63,910 bases of DNA, filler included, from Olpidium bornovanus S191 (GCA_017911155.1; 30 parts of 30 records of this genome joined end to end with filler, not necessarily neighbours in it); one strand, 5' to 3'. Positions 9,822-21,312 are shown, numbered from the whole stretch's first letter. Program-made: numbers and translations. The notes: generated from the sequence alone by a model not told the origin.

Positions 9822-11627
9822 ATGGCCGGCTCAACGATGGTCAGCGAAGGCCTCAGCTTCTCTGTCCGAGCCTCCGGCGGGCCGAGCACCAGCAACAGCC
9901 GCTGGCCCGGCTCGTCCTCGGACAGAGGAGGAGGCCTTCGTCTTTTGCACCCTCCCCCGTCACCGCCGAATGCGAGACCGATGCACAGCACTGCGGGCGG
10001 CGGCCGCACCGGCGATCACGCGACGACCGCGTTTGCCGAGGCGGCGGCTGATGCGCGGAGCCGCAGACGGGTGGCGGAGGCCGCCCGCGCAAGCGACGGC
10101 GGCAGCGGCAGCGGCAGCGGAGACGGAGGCCGCCACGGCCGGGCCTACTACGGAGCAGACGAAGACAGCGAAGGCGGCTCCATCTCCCGTATGTACACGT
10201 CGGCGTCGGATCCGGACGACCGCGGGGGAAGCGCGGACTCGTCCCTGTCCGCTTCGCCCTTTCCCGCCTCTTCCGGCCGGCGGCCGGGCGGGACCGCCGT
10301 GCCGGACGGCAGGCGGCTGTACGACCGGGTGATCCTCCCAAAGAGGGCGCCCGAGCCGGCCTGCACGCCGTCCCCGGCCGCGGCGCGGGAGCGGGACGGT
10401 CTCGGCGGCGACGACCCGAGCTTCGTCCGCGTCACCAAGGGCGACGTTTGCGCCCACCTCCGGCGGCTGGGTTTCTGCCTTGACGAAATCCCTGCCGACG
10501 TTTTGAACGACTTTGTCGAGGACCTCAACCGGTCCTTCGCTTCCGGGGACCGGAGCGGGCGGAAGGGCGGCGGGCGGCGGCGGTCGAACGAAGGCGGCGG
10601 ATCCGAGACGCTGCGGCGGCCGGAGGGGCCCGCGCTGGACCTGCGCGCTGAGCGCAGGGCGTGGGGGGAGCGCCGGCCGCGCAGTGAGCCCCGCGCGGCA
10701 GAAACCGGCGTCGCCCGGCCCTGGTCCCCGGGTTACTGTGCATCCTCGGGCGAGCGGCCGCACGCGCCGCCGGCGGGCCCCGCATCCGGCATCGAAGATC
10801 CCCCTGACAAACCGCGGCGGCGGCTCCTGCGGCGCGCCCACCGCGCTGCGGACGACGAGTCGGATCTGGTGCAGAGCTTGTCCGTCGCCGACGTCCCGCG
10901 GCCGGGCAAGCCGCCGCCCTCGGCGTTCGAGAACCACGAGAGCCGGTCGAACATGACGCTCGAGGACATTCGGAAAAGGGTAGCGGCGCAGCGACAGGCG
11001 GCGGCGAGACGGTCCGAAGCCGGGTACTCGTCCGCGGGCGAGATCGCTTCGACGGAAATCGGCCGGTTTACGAACAGCTACGACCCCGCGGACGTAAGTA
11101 AACTGGGTTCTCCTCGCTCACGGGCCCGTCTGGCGGACCGGCTTCCTGATTGGTCCTTCCTTCGCTACGGACAGTCGTACTTGGACGACGCTTCCAGACC
11201 TCCGACGCGCTCGTCCTCGAGAAGCGGGTCGTCAGAATCAATCATACCTGCGAGCGCGAACCACCCACGCGAGCCTCCCCTACTCCGGCGAAATTCGGCT
11301 CTCCGGAGGTCGTCGACAGGTACAGAAAAACGGCGCAGCGTCCGCATTCCTTTTTTTTTTTTTCCCTCCTCTGTTTTCGTGCGGTTTTTCTTTTTTTCTG
11401 TGGGTCCGGAAATAACCCGACGCCAGCCCTTCCGCGCACCTGTCTTGACGTTTCCGACGCGTTCCCGAAACGCAGCTGCGAACTCTTACCCCGCCGCCGC
11501 TCGCGGCGGCCTGCCGCGATCGCTCAGGCACGACCCCGTCACACGAGGAGAGCAGTATCGACTGCGGTGGGCGCAGGACCCGTTTTTGTGCCGGATAAGC
11601 CGGTACATCAAACCCACGTTTGGATGA
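9822..11627 (+). CDS. HYLS1-like centriolar protein (mostly disordered), probably 2 introns near the 3' end
   Basis: Helical motif KGDVCAHLRRLGFCLDEIPADVLNDFVEDL and C-terminal RHDPVTRGEQYRLRW resemble HYLS1 N- and C-terminal boxes as recalled. Likely introns at about 11094-11173 and 11320-11474. Confidence 0.5.
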   Translation: MAGSTMVSEGLSFSVRASGGPSTSNSRWPGSSSDRGGGLRLLHPPPSPPNARPMHSTAGGGRTGDHATTAFAEAAADARSRRRVAEAARASDGGSGSGSGDGGRHGRAYYGADEDSEGGSISRMYTSASDPDDRGGSADSSLSASPFPASSGRRPGGTAVPDGRRLYDRVILPKRAPEPACTPSPAAARERDGLGGDDPSFVRVTKGDVCAHLRRLGFCLDEIPADVLNDFVEDLNRSFASGDRSGRKGGGRRRSNEGGGSETLRRPEGPALDLRAERRAWGERRPRSEPRAAETGVARPWSPGYCASSGERPHAPPAGPASGIEDPPDKPRRRLLRRAHRAADDESDLVQSLSVADVPRPGKPPPSAFENHESRSNMTLEDIRKRVAAQRQAAARRSEAGYSSAGEIASTEIGRFTNSYDPADVSKLGSPRSRARLADRLPDWSFLRYGQSYLDDASRPPTRSSSRSGSSESIIPASANHPREPPLLRRNSALRRSSTGTEKRRSVRIPFFFFPSSVFVRFFFFSVGPEITRRQPFRAPVLTFPTRSRNAAANSYPAAARGGLPRSLRHDPVTRGEQYRLRWAQDPFLCRISRYIKPTFG

Positions 11628-12915
11628 AAAAAAAAAAGATCACGTGTTCTTCCCGCTCTCCGCGCTCCCCCCCCTTTTCTGTCGCCCAAATTGTTCCCTG
11701 CGCTCGAGCGCGCTCGGAGACGCGGCACGCATTATGTTTTATTTTTCCCTCTCTATCTCATCCCCTTCCCTCCCCCCGCTCTTTCCTGCGAACTTCTCTC
11801 GCGGGTGTCGGGCAATTTTTGGTTACGGCGTGGGGAAGGGCGGGGGGGGGGGGGCGGGGGGGGGGGGGGGGGGGGGGGNNNNNNNNNNNNNNNNNNNNNN
11901 NNNNNNNNNNNNNNNNNNNNNNTTAATTAATTAANNNNNNNNNNNNNNNNNNNNNNNNNNNNNNNNNNNNNNNNNNNNACATTAGTCGTCGCCCTCAAAT
12001 GGCGTTTATTAGTTTGAGCTGACGTCCCGATGCGGTGCTGAGGGAACTAACGAGATGAAACGGAAAATGATGACCGAAACAAAGGGAACGGGGCCATGGC
12101 AGTCTCTGTTTTTTAATCTTCACATGCGCCGATAGATGTGGTGCATAAGAGAAAAGTGACATCTGTAATCCGTAATTGAACGATAAATGCGCGAACATCA
12201 CGGGACGGATGCTGGTTGTGGTGTGGTAAGAAGCTTTTTTTAAGCTCCGAATCTGGGTGGCTCTCGAGTGTCCAAGACGGAAGGCGCAAATCAGATTATT
12301 TTGTTTGGCGGGGGCTTGTTTTGTTTACATGTTTGCGATGTTGTTGCCCTCTCGCGGGAAGGGAGGGCGTGAGGGTTGGCCGCCGAGGGCGGGTGTGCTT
12401 AGAAGAGAAAAGAAGAGCCCGGGGCCGCGCGCGCGTGCTGCTGCGGGCAGCCGGGATCTGCCGCTGCCGCCCTTGCGCCGGGAGACTTCGGGGGCCTCCC
12501 GGGGCGGAGGGAGCTACATTAGCGCCGCTCGCGCGCGAAATGCGGCGCGGGGCGGAAGGGACGAGGAGGCGCGCGTCGCCATCGGCCGGGCCGGGGGGGT
12601 GATGAGAGCGAGAAGAAAGGGGACGACTGACGCGGGCGGATTAGTCATCCGGGCGGAACGCTCCTCGGGAAATCCGGCGCGCCCTTGCGGCGATATATCT
12701 GCACCTATCCCTGTGTCGCCATCACACATCTTTCCAAACAAATCCAGTGCGTGTGTGTGTCAAACGGGACAGTCTACTTGCAGGGGGGTTTCTCCTCACG
12801 CCTCAACCCCACTCGGAAAAAAAAAAAAAAAAAAAAAAAACGACGCGGGGGAGTGCGCGCATACGCGCTGGAAGGGCGGCTGCGCCCGCGCGACCCGCGC
12901 TCTCGGCGCACCCCT

Positions 12916-12950
<35 letters not shown>

Positions 12951-14479
12951 CCCGCCCCCCGCCCCCCCCCCCCCGCCGCGCCCCCCGCCGCGCTCCCCGC
13001 CGCTGCGCACCAGCCGCAGCCGTCGCCGCGCGCCAGCCGCGCTCCCGCCGCGCTCCGCCGCCTTCGCCGCAATCGCCGCNNNNNNNNNNNNNNNNNNNNN
13101 NNNNNNNNNNNNNNNNNNNNNNNTTAATTAATTAANNNNNNNNNNNNNNNNNNNNNNNNNNNNNNNNNNNNNNNNNNNNGACGAAGATGCACGAAGAACG
13201 CGGCAGAACAGATCACGAAGAGCGAAGACGCCGCGACCGCGGGCGGGGTAGGGTGGAAACCGATGACGGCTCTCCGCCCACGCGTCGTCCGTCTCCCGAA
13301 AAACCAGGAGGCGCGTTTCGTAAATCTCATGTCTGTCGAGCCCTGGTGGCTTTCCCACCGCAGCAGTCAAAAACTTCTCGCTTTTTCTCCCCGAAACTTT
13401 CGTGACGACGGCGCGTAACGGCTTTCGCCAAAAAAAGCTCGGATGGTCTTCGGTCTTCGTGCCGGGCGTCACGGCGTTTCGAATGCGCCAGAGGATGATA
13501 TCGGCGTCAAGGAAAAAAAAAAAGATGCGCATGAGGGTTGCCGCTCTGTCAGAGTTCGATGAGATTCAGCCGAGTCCATGGGGGCGGGCCAGACACTCCT
13601 TTGCAGTCCGGTCCTTCTCCCGCTCTTGTATCAAAAGCCAGATTTTTTCTCCCCGGCTTATCCTTCCTCGCATTCCAGAATCACCCTCAAGACCTCTAGG
13701 ACGACGCCAACAAAAGCTATCTTCGTGACAGCTCGGCGAAAGTCGCCGCGGCTTTTGCGGGCCCGTCCGATGCCAAACGCTTGGGCAACGAGCGGCACAG
13801 GCGCGGAGGTTTCTGAATGAAGCAAAACTGGTAGCGATCGTCTTCGAGTCGCAAAACGAGACTGGTGTTATCCGGGTGCCGCATTTCGCCCCTGCACGCC
13901 GTTTTGGTCGTTAACGTTCTTCCGGCGTTATCACAGGCGCCGTTTCGGACGTCCGCGAATGTGCTCGCGCGTGCAGACCGGTCCCGTGACGGCGCTTCTT
14001 CTCTCGGTGGCGACACATTTCCTGGAACGAGTGTTTGATCCGCCTCTTTCGACAGGAGCGCGAGTCGCGCGGGCCGATTGTAATCTGCCGCTGCCCTGTC
14101 CCGCGGTGTCTTCACCGTGCAACATATTGAGCTTGCAAGAGATTGCCTCAAGCCCAACGACTCAAAGGCCGGGGTCCATTGCCGGAACACCGTCTTTCCA
14201 AAAAGAAAGCGGACGAAACAGCTTTTGCGCAAAACGAGCGTGTGGTCAGGAACCGTTGGCGGCAGACGGACGCCGACTTGAGCCAAGTCTGAGCAGATGC
14301 GCTGCCCGACTATAGGCCTGATGGAAGGGAAACGCTGCACCTTTTGCGGGTGGCCTCTTGCCGCTGAAATCCGTCATGANNNNNNNNNNNNNNNNNNNNN
14401 NNNNNNNNNNNNNNNNNNNNNNNTTAATTAATTAANNNNNNNNNNNNNNNNNNNNNNNNNNNNNNNNNNNNNNNNNNNN

Positions 14480-15141
14480 GCCAACGTGCTCGCGAACAAG
14501 TACTTTGCCGCCTACCGCGCCTTCAGGGTCCCGGGAAAGGCCTTTCTCATCAGCTCGCGTACGCAACTTTCTTAAAAAAAAAACCTCCCCGGGGGAGGGG
14601 TGGGGGGTGGGAGGGGGTGGAAAGGCGGTGTGGCAGGTAGCGGCGGCGGTTGCTGGAGGTAGTTGGGTAGTGGGGTGACATGCCAGCAGCTGTAAGCTGA
14701 CTCCCCGTCCGTTCCCCGGGTGGGACCCCGCCTCCGCCGCACTTGCCGCGAAGTCGCTTGCGCCACCGCCGTCACCTTCGGCGAAAGAGCGCTTACGGCC
14801 TACGAGCGAGAGCGGTACTCGGGTTACTACCACAGGAAGCGCGACATGGTCGCCGACGCTTTTTTCCACCTGCCCGTCGCCAAGAGGGCGGGATACTGGT
14901 TGAGCGAGCACCGGCTTGCCGTGTCCAGTACGTTTAGAACTTTTGCACGGGCTCCGCGGCGTCGTTTTGCCCGCGTTATTTTTCCTGCTTTTATGTTTTG
15001 CGTTTCCTCCCGTCCCACCTCGCTTTCCTCTCCTCCCGGCCGTTTGCGGGCAATTAGCATCGATCATGACCGCAGTGCTGGGAGGTTCTTTTCTCTACAA
15101 CTACAACAACAGGCTTCTCTCCAAAACGCAAAAGGCTGTTA
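14480..15141 (+). CDS. Unidentified spliced coding fragment
   Basis: Protein-like segments ANVLANKYFAAYRAFRVPGK, ALTAYERERYSGYYHRKRDMVADAFFHLPVAKRAGYWLSEHRL and LGGSFLYNYNNRLLSKTQKAVNIRM; the last is bounded by CAG and GTACGG. Family not recognised. Confidence 0.35.
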
Positions 15142-16585
15142 ACATACGCATGGTACGGAGTTCGGCCCCCCCCCACTTTTTCCCGCCTTTTTCGCGCGAC
15201 TGACGACTAAAAAAAGAAAATCCGACTGGGCCCCGTTTCTTGTTCGCGGGACCTGTGTTTTCTGCTAGAATTTGTTTTTCCTTTTTTTGCTTCATTTGGG
15301 CACGATATACCGAAATCCGTTTTTGGGTGTCGCCCTATGGCGGTTGTGGCGAGTTTGTTTTGTGTCTTTCTTTTTTTTCGTTTTTTTTTTCCTTCTTCTT
15401 TTTTTTTTTTTTTTTTTTTGTGTTATTTTTGTTTTCGTTTTGCGTGTCGCATGTGGCTGATGTGCCGAGACTTATTTTTTGGGGTGTTGCGGCTGCGGCT
15501 AATTGTGACATGACTTCCGTTTTTGTTTGTTTGATCTCTCCCTCCCGGTCAGACCACGCAATTCGCTACTCTCGGCGCTGTGCTCTTGCTTGCCGGGCTC
15601 GCCGCTTCCCCACGCCAGGAAGAAAAGGCNNNNNNNNNNNNNNNNNNNNNNNNNNNNNNNNNNNNNNNNNNNNTTAATTAATTAANNNNNNNNNNNNNNN
15701 NNNNNNNNNNNNNNNNNNNNNNNNNNNNNCTGCGCGGCACACCACAACGGCAACAAGCTGGCACCCACGAGTAGCAGGCACACGACACGGAGTATGACAA
15801 CCACGGCACCGAAAGTACAAAATGCACGATGAAGCCCATCGTCAACATGCGGGAGAGGAACGGTGCTTACTTCTCGGCGTCGGAACAGACGCGTTCGTCT
15901 TACCGCCGGGGTGGTGCTAAAATGTACCCCGCCGTTTGTAGAGAATGCGGGAAACGACAGGAGCTCTCCTCGACGTCGGAGCCGGCGTTGACGACGGTCG
16001 GGGCAGGCGATGATGAAGGGCCCTGGGCGTTTTCTCAACGCGAGCCGTTCTTCGCGTTTTGAATACCGCAACCGAAAGAAAAAAAAAAAAAAAAAAAAAA
16101 GGCGAAGCTCGCGGGGATTACTCAGTCGAACCGGGGGATCAGGATCACGTACACGCCAAGAAACGCGTCCGCGGGAGAGCCGCGCGAAAACGTCCCACCG
16201 AAGATGTCGCCGCCAAACGCCCCTTGGGAGGACCTCTGCGCCCGCTTGCGGGGTCAAGCGCCGCGTTGGCAGACCTGTCCGAGAACAGGAAGCTGCGGAA
16301 ATGACCTCCCGAGCCTAAACCCTCGTACTCCAAGCCGGATACTCCTTCCCGAGTAGATCGGCGCCGGGCGGAAAACCAGCGCGAGGTTCTCGACGGGCGT
16401 CGCGCCAAGCGTGGACGGGATGTCAATCGGGCAGCACCCGATGGCCTGATGCGACCGTCGCCGCGATCGCGGGTCCGGCGAGGGGCGTTTTCTTGCGGAA
16501 TTGGGTTAGAGCCGCCAGAATCGGACGAGCGTAAAACGCCCCAGCGAGGTTTCAGGAAGACGCTATTCTTGCGCGGCAGTAGTCG

Positions 16586-16665
16586 TATGTCTATGTTTAT
16601 GTCTATATCAATGTCTATGTCTATGTCTGTCTATGTCTACGTCTACGTCTATGTCTATGTCCATA
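16586..16665. repeat. Imperfect (GTCTAT/GTCTAC)n hexanucleotide microsatellite
   Basis: Read directly. Confidence 0.9.
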
Positions 16666-17320
16666 TGCTTGCTCTGGCGAGTTGCCTTGGCATCCGCTGC
16701 CGACTCGACTGCTCCCGTATTGGTCTATCACGAGCGTCGTCGCGACGTTGTCGTTGCGGTGGGAGCCAAGATGAGTCATTTACACCACCCTGAAGGAGCG
16801 CAAATTCTTGCCTCTACCGCCGGGATCTCGAGGCGACGTGCGTGAGAATAAAACCGAAAAGAGACTGGGCACGAACTAAAAGCGCCGGAAGAACTAGTAA
16901 GGGGCGTCGATATTCGCCGACGCCCTCCCCGACAACCCGTGAACATCGGGCCTTGCATCGCGGCAAAGCCGCGAACAAGAACAGCCCGCTGGTGATCCAG
17001 GCAAAGTTCGGATGAGGAATAACCAGCGCAGATCCCTCGTCGACTCGGGCCGCGCTGGAAACCTCGTCCACACGCGATTAGCCCCGACCATTTCCCCCAA
17101 ACAAACTCGCATCAACCCAACTTCGACATGCCGACGGACGCGTCGGCACATCCACAACGACCGCTGCAGTCCCCTGCATCTCTCGCTGATCGCGAAGGGC
17201 AGCCGTGGAAGTTCTGAAAGAACTTTGTGGGAACCGCTGAGCTCCCGTATGATAAGATATGCGGAGCCTCCCTGGCTCTCCCATCACAACCCCGCGATAA
17301 ACACTGGACATCCTTTACAA

Positions 17321-17589
17321 TCAACATAGCCAACCGAAAGTTCGCTGCCAGCCCGGAGTTGCCCCCAGTAAAGCGAACCGATAATTCGTCCTGCCTTTGT
17401 TTTAGTTCATTTGGTATATTTAGGACGGTTTCTCGTTTGGGACAACGGAGCACTTTCAACATAGCCAACCGAAAGTTCGCTGCCAGCCCGGAGTTGCCCC
17501 AGTAAAGCGAACCGATAATTCGTCCTGCCTTTGTTTTAGTTAATTTGGTATATTTAGGCCGGATGCTCGTTTGGGACCACGGAGCACTT
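17321..17589. repeat. Tandem duplication, two near-identical copies of about 135 bp
   Basis: TCAACATAGCCAACCGAAAGTTCGCTGCC... starts at 17321 and at 17456. Confidence 0.95.
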
Positions 17590-18163
17590 CCACCCGTGGC
17601 GCGGGAAGGTATGCATGCGGAGAACGCGTAAATGCAGGGATCATGATTTACCTTGGTTGGACTTTTGTAGAATCAAAGTGGACCTAACCGGTCCACACGG
17701 AAAGCCATCACAATTATTGCGTCACGTGACCGCGTGGGTACCTCTTGGATCTGGGCTGCTTANNNNNNNNNNNNNNNNNNNNNNNNNNNNNNNNNNNNNN
17801 NNNNNNTTAATTAATTAANNNNNNNNNNNNNNNNNNNNNNNNNNNNNNNNNNNNNNNNNNNNCTGACAGTGCAGTCGAAGGGGAAAGGTCAAGTTAAGGT
17901 AAAGTGCATTCGGAGTCGAGCTACGGAGCAGAAGGGATGCTATTCATGTCCGTCGACGTCGAGCAGAAGGCAGGTCGACGGCAGAGTCGTCCTTCGGCGT
18001 CGCGTCTGTCAACGCGGTGCGTCCGGTCCCTTCCCGCGCGGTTCCCACGCGGTGCTCCGAGCTCTGGCGTGCGGGGGGGGGGGGGGGGGGGGGCGGGGGG
18101 GGGGGGGTGGGGTGGGGGGGGGGGGGGGGGGGCGGCGTTTTTTTTTTTTTTTTTTTTTTTAAA

Positions 18164-18628
18164 GGTGAGCGGCGGCTGCGGCGGCTGCGGTGGCAATGAG
18201 CGAGCGGCCGGTGAGCGGCGGCAGCGGCGGCAGCGGCGGCGGCGGTCGAGCTTCCCCCGTCAAAAGGGTGACGGAGGGGGCGCCGGTGAGCGGCGGCAGC
18301 GGCGGCGGCGGCGGCGGCGCACGATGAGCGGCGGCGGCTGCGAGCTGCCGGGACGGTGACGGAGGGAGCGCCGGTGAGCGGCAGCTGCGACGGCGGCGGC
18401 GGCAGCGGGCGATGAGCGGCGGCGGCTGCGGCGGCGGCAGGCGATCGCGCTTCCCCCGTCAAAAGGGTGACGGAGGGGGCGCCGGTGAGCGGCGGCTGCG
18501 GCGGCGGCGGCGGCGGCTGCGAGCCGCCGGGAGGGTGACGGTCGGAGCGCCGGTGAGCGGCGGCTGCGGCGGCGGCGGGCGATGAGCGGCGGCGGCTGCG
18601 GCGGCGGCAGGCGAGCTTCCCCCGTCAG
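18164..18628 (-). repeat. GC-rich higher-order tandem repeat in the leader of a copia-like element
   Basis: Recurring GCCGGTGAGCGGCGGC blocks. CTTCCCCCGTCAAAAGGGTGACGGAGGGGGCGCCGGTGAG occurs at about 18251 and 18450, partially at about 18615. It lies directly downstream (minus strand) of the PBS at 18638-18649. Confidence 0.8.
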
Positions 18629-18637
18629 GTCCTGTTT

Positions 18638-18779
18638 GGGCTCATAACCTGTTCGAGTACGTTTTTTGAGGGTTTCCGCGGGCGTGCGGGACGCGTCGCG
18701 TAACTTCCATTGCTACGAGAAAACTACGTTACTGTACATTGAGGGGTTCCGACCAGACGCGCAGGCGCTAATTCTAACA
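18638..18779 (-). mobile_element. Ty1/copia-type short LTR (130 bp) plus half-tRNA(iMet) PBS
   Basis: Minus strand: TGTTAGAATT...CTCGAACA (18779-18650), immediately followed by GGTTATGAGCCC (18649-18638). Confidence 0.7.
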
Positions 18780-19547
18780 CCTGCAAGACGCTACCTGGCC
18801 CATTTCCCTGGAGCCGAAAGCAGAAGACGCGCGCATAAACAGGCAAAATCCCTCCAAAGTTGTCCAAACAGTCTTTCACGCACCGACTTTAGGACCCGGC
18901 GTCCTTGGGATCCAAGTCAAGGTGAGTGAGGCGTATCAACGAGTTGGACTCTGCTGGATGGGCGACCATCCTTACCGGTCGTCCTTGGCGTGTTGCACAA
19001 GGTCACCAACCTCCGGATAGCTCCGGCCGGTGTAGTGACAGTTGGCTACTTTGATTGACCCGGGAGTCGTTCGGCTGGGACTGAGATGGCTCGGCAATGT
19101 GGCAATGTTCACGTCCTGGTGCCCCCGCACTGCCGGGCAACAAGCAAGTGACCGCCGGGACGGCTTGGTCAAGAAGATGGGGGGGTCTGGTGGGGGCCGC
19201 TCCGCGAGACACTGAGTTCCCATGGCAAGCCAAAGCTAGAGATAGACCCACACTTTTACGGGCTATTGTATTAGCCAGTGAGCCAGCACCGTGCAGTAGC
19301 AGGGCGGACCTAGTGGGTCCCTCGGAGCTGTGTTGGCCCTGGGGCGGTGGCCTCTGGGGCTGTGCTGGCCTCGGGGATGGTAAATGACCTATGGTCCCGG
19401 TGGGACCCCGGCTCCGCCCGGGTCTCCGCCCAGGTTCCAAACACCCCCTCTCTTCGCCCCCAACACTCCCCCCACCCAAACCATTTCCATTCTCCCGTTT
19501 CCCTTCCGCCACTCCTGCTAGTTGGGAGCAGAATTAAAAATCCGTGA

Positions 19548-19585
<38 letters not shown>

Positions 19586-19631
19586 GAAAGGGCCCCCCCG
19601 GGGGGGGGGGGGGAAGGGGGGGGGGGGGGGG

Positions 19632-19666
<35 letters not shown>

Positions 19667-19857
19667 ACGCGAAAAACGCGGCAAAAATCGAGAGAAACCC
19701 CGTGGGGGAAGAGATGGGGGTGCGCCGTGCCGCCGCCACGGAGAGGAAAAAAGTTAANNNNNNNNNNNNNNNNNNNNNNNNNNNNNNNNNNNNNNNNNNN
19801 NTTAATTAATTAANNNNNNNNNNNNNNNNNNNNNNNNNNNNNNNNNNNNNNNNNNNN

Positions 19858-20608
19858 CGCATGGAAAATGCACTTCGCAACCTTATTGCACTGGACTCCG
19901 TTCTCGTGTACAACAGCAGCCGTGGCGCGCAGGGCCGTGGCCACGAAGCGATCGCCCGCGTTTTCGCGACATATCGCCTGGTAGAAATAATGCGCCAAGT
20001 TCTCCAGCAACGACAGGTGTCCCGTAAAGTGCAGCTGTGAACCGTTGAAATATCTCAGGAGCCCTGGACACAATACGGCTGGCCGCTGCGGAGGGCCCTC
20101 TGATAGCTGAAGCCGAGGTGTACCTTGCGCTTCCTGCACGCCTTAGCAACAAAGGAGCAAAATTCCATGCATAAAGCGTCGTCCTCCACCGGACAGCTGC
20201 GACAGCCGTGCGAAAGCAAGGCAAACATTTCCTAGTACATAAAGGATCAATGTAAGACTACGCAATGCAGTTGCGCGGCGAGGGCGTTCGCCCTGGGTCG
20301 GCGACTCATACTTCGTCGGATACGTCGTCGAAGCGGTAAGAATCAGACGCGAGCTTGAACAAGCCATCCAGGAGACGCTGGCGCTTTACCGTCGGTGAGA
20401 ACCGCGCCGTCGACTCTGAAGCGGCACCTTGAACTGCCCCGGCAGCAAACGCCAGGCCACTCCGCTTCGTGGCCTCCGAATGCGCGTCTGCTCTGGCGAG
20501 AAGCTGCTCGATGAGCGCGGCGAAGTCGCCGGAAGCTGGTGATTCCGGATTCCTCTTCCGCTGAACGGATTTTGGGCCAGCGCGCGCCGGCGGCGCTCTC
20601 GGGGGCAT
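19858..20608 (-). CDS. HEATR6-like HEAT-repeat protein, N-terminal part (3' partial)
   Basis: GCCGCCATG start. Exons ...KRQRLLDGLFKLASDSYRFDDVSDE / EMFALLSHGCRSCPVEDDALCMEFCSFVAK / ...ALRATAAVVHENGVQCNK; the last resembles the HEATR6 segment ALAALVYCNGSKCQK (recalled). Confidence 0.6.
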
Positions 20609-20708
20609 GGCGGCCCGCGGGGGTCCGTCGAGACAGGGCTCGGTCGACGTTGGCGTCGTGCACCCGCTCAGCGCAGGCGCCCCCCTCGCAGGCCCCCCCC
20701 CCTCCTTC

Positions 20709-21212
20709 TGTTGGAAATAACGGGGCGCCAGGGGCGGAGACGCACTACGCGCACCCGTTGCCCCTTTGTAGAGTTCCCGCCATATAGAAAAGGGCCAGAG
20801 GAAACCAGTAAACAAACGCCACGAATACAGTTCTCCTTCCTTCCCGCCGTTCTCGCGGACCCGGGCGGGGCATCCCCGCGCCGCGCATCTTCGCCTTCTC
20901 CTCCGGCTCGGCTTTAACAGGTTATGAGCCCAACCCGTATACTCCCTGCCAAAGCCCGTAGACTCCCTGCCAAAGGAAAGAACACGGCGGAAGTACCAGC
21001 CATGAGCCCACCCCGTAGACTCCCTGCCAAAGAAAAGAACGCGGCGGAAGTACCAGCCATGAGAAGTACAACACCGCCGTACTCGCCACAAGCGACCATG
21101 GAACACGCGACCATGGAACACGCGACCATGGAACACGCGACCATGGAACACGCGACCATGGAACACGCGACCATGGAACACGCGACCATGGAACACGCGA
21201 CCATGGAACACG
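20709..21212 (+). mobile_element. Ty1/copia 5' LTR (20709-20919), PBS (20920-20931) and repetitive leader, truncated by the contig end
   Basis: TGTTGGAAATAA...TTTAACA (211 bp), then GGTTATGAGCCC. The LTR is homologous to the one at 51275-51469. Confidence 0.8.
21092..21212. repeat. 15-bp minisatellite (GCGACCATGGAACAC) x8, running into the contig end
   Basis: Eight perfect copies, preceded by two ~60-bp units (CCGTAGACTCCCTGCCAAAG...GTACCAGCCATGAG). Confidence 0.97.
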
Positions 21213-21312
21213 NNNNNNNNNNNNNNNNNNNNNNNNNNNNNNNNNNNNNNNNNNNNTTAATTAATTAANNNNNNNNNNNNNNNNNNNNNNNNNNNNNNNN
21301 NNNNNNNNNNNN

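Noticed and set aside
9053-13135. Many long Arg/Pro/Gly-rich ORFs, e.g. 9960-10937, 9580-10332, 12257-13135
   Set aside because: Shadow frames of GC-rich coding DNA or read-through of microsatellites and homopolymers; no family motifs.
15829-16062. MYPAVCRECGKRQE resembling a prokaryotic CxxC-x17-CxxC protein
   Set aside because: The second CxxC is absent and there is no supporting context; treated as chance.
18635-18655. GGGCTCATAACC read as a tRNA-Met gene
   Set aside because: No D-arm, T-arm or acceptor stem. It is better explained as the complement of a copia PBS.
18972-19223. CHYTGRSYPEVGDLVQH as a degenerate non-LTR retrotransposon zinc finger
   Set aside because: The second Cys is missing and no RT or endonuclease motifs are nearby.
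19552-19665. Symmetric polyA-polyG/C-polyA blocks (also 28692-28785 and 45876-46022)
   Set aside because: Look like low-quality consensus through homopolymers near contig ends; no structure can be trusted.
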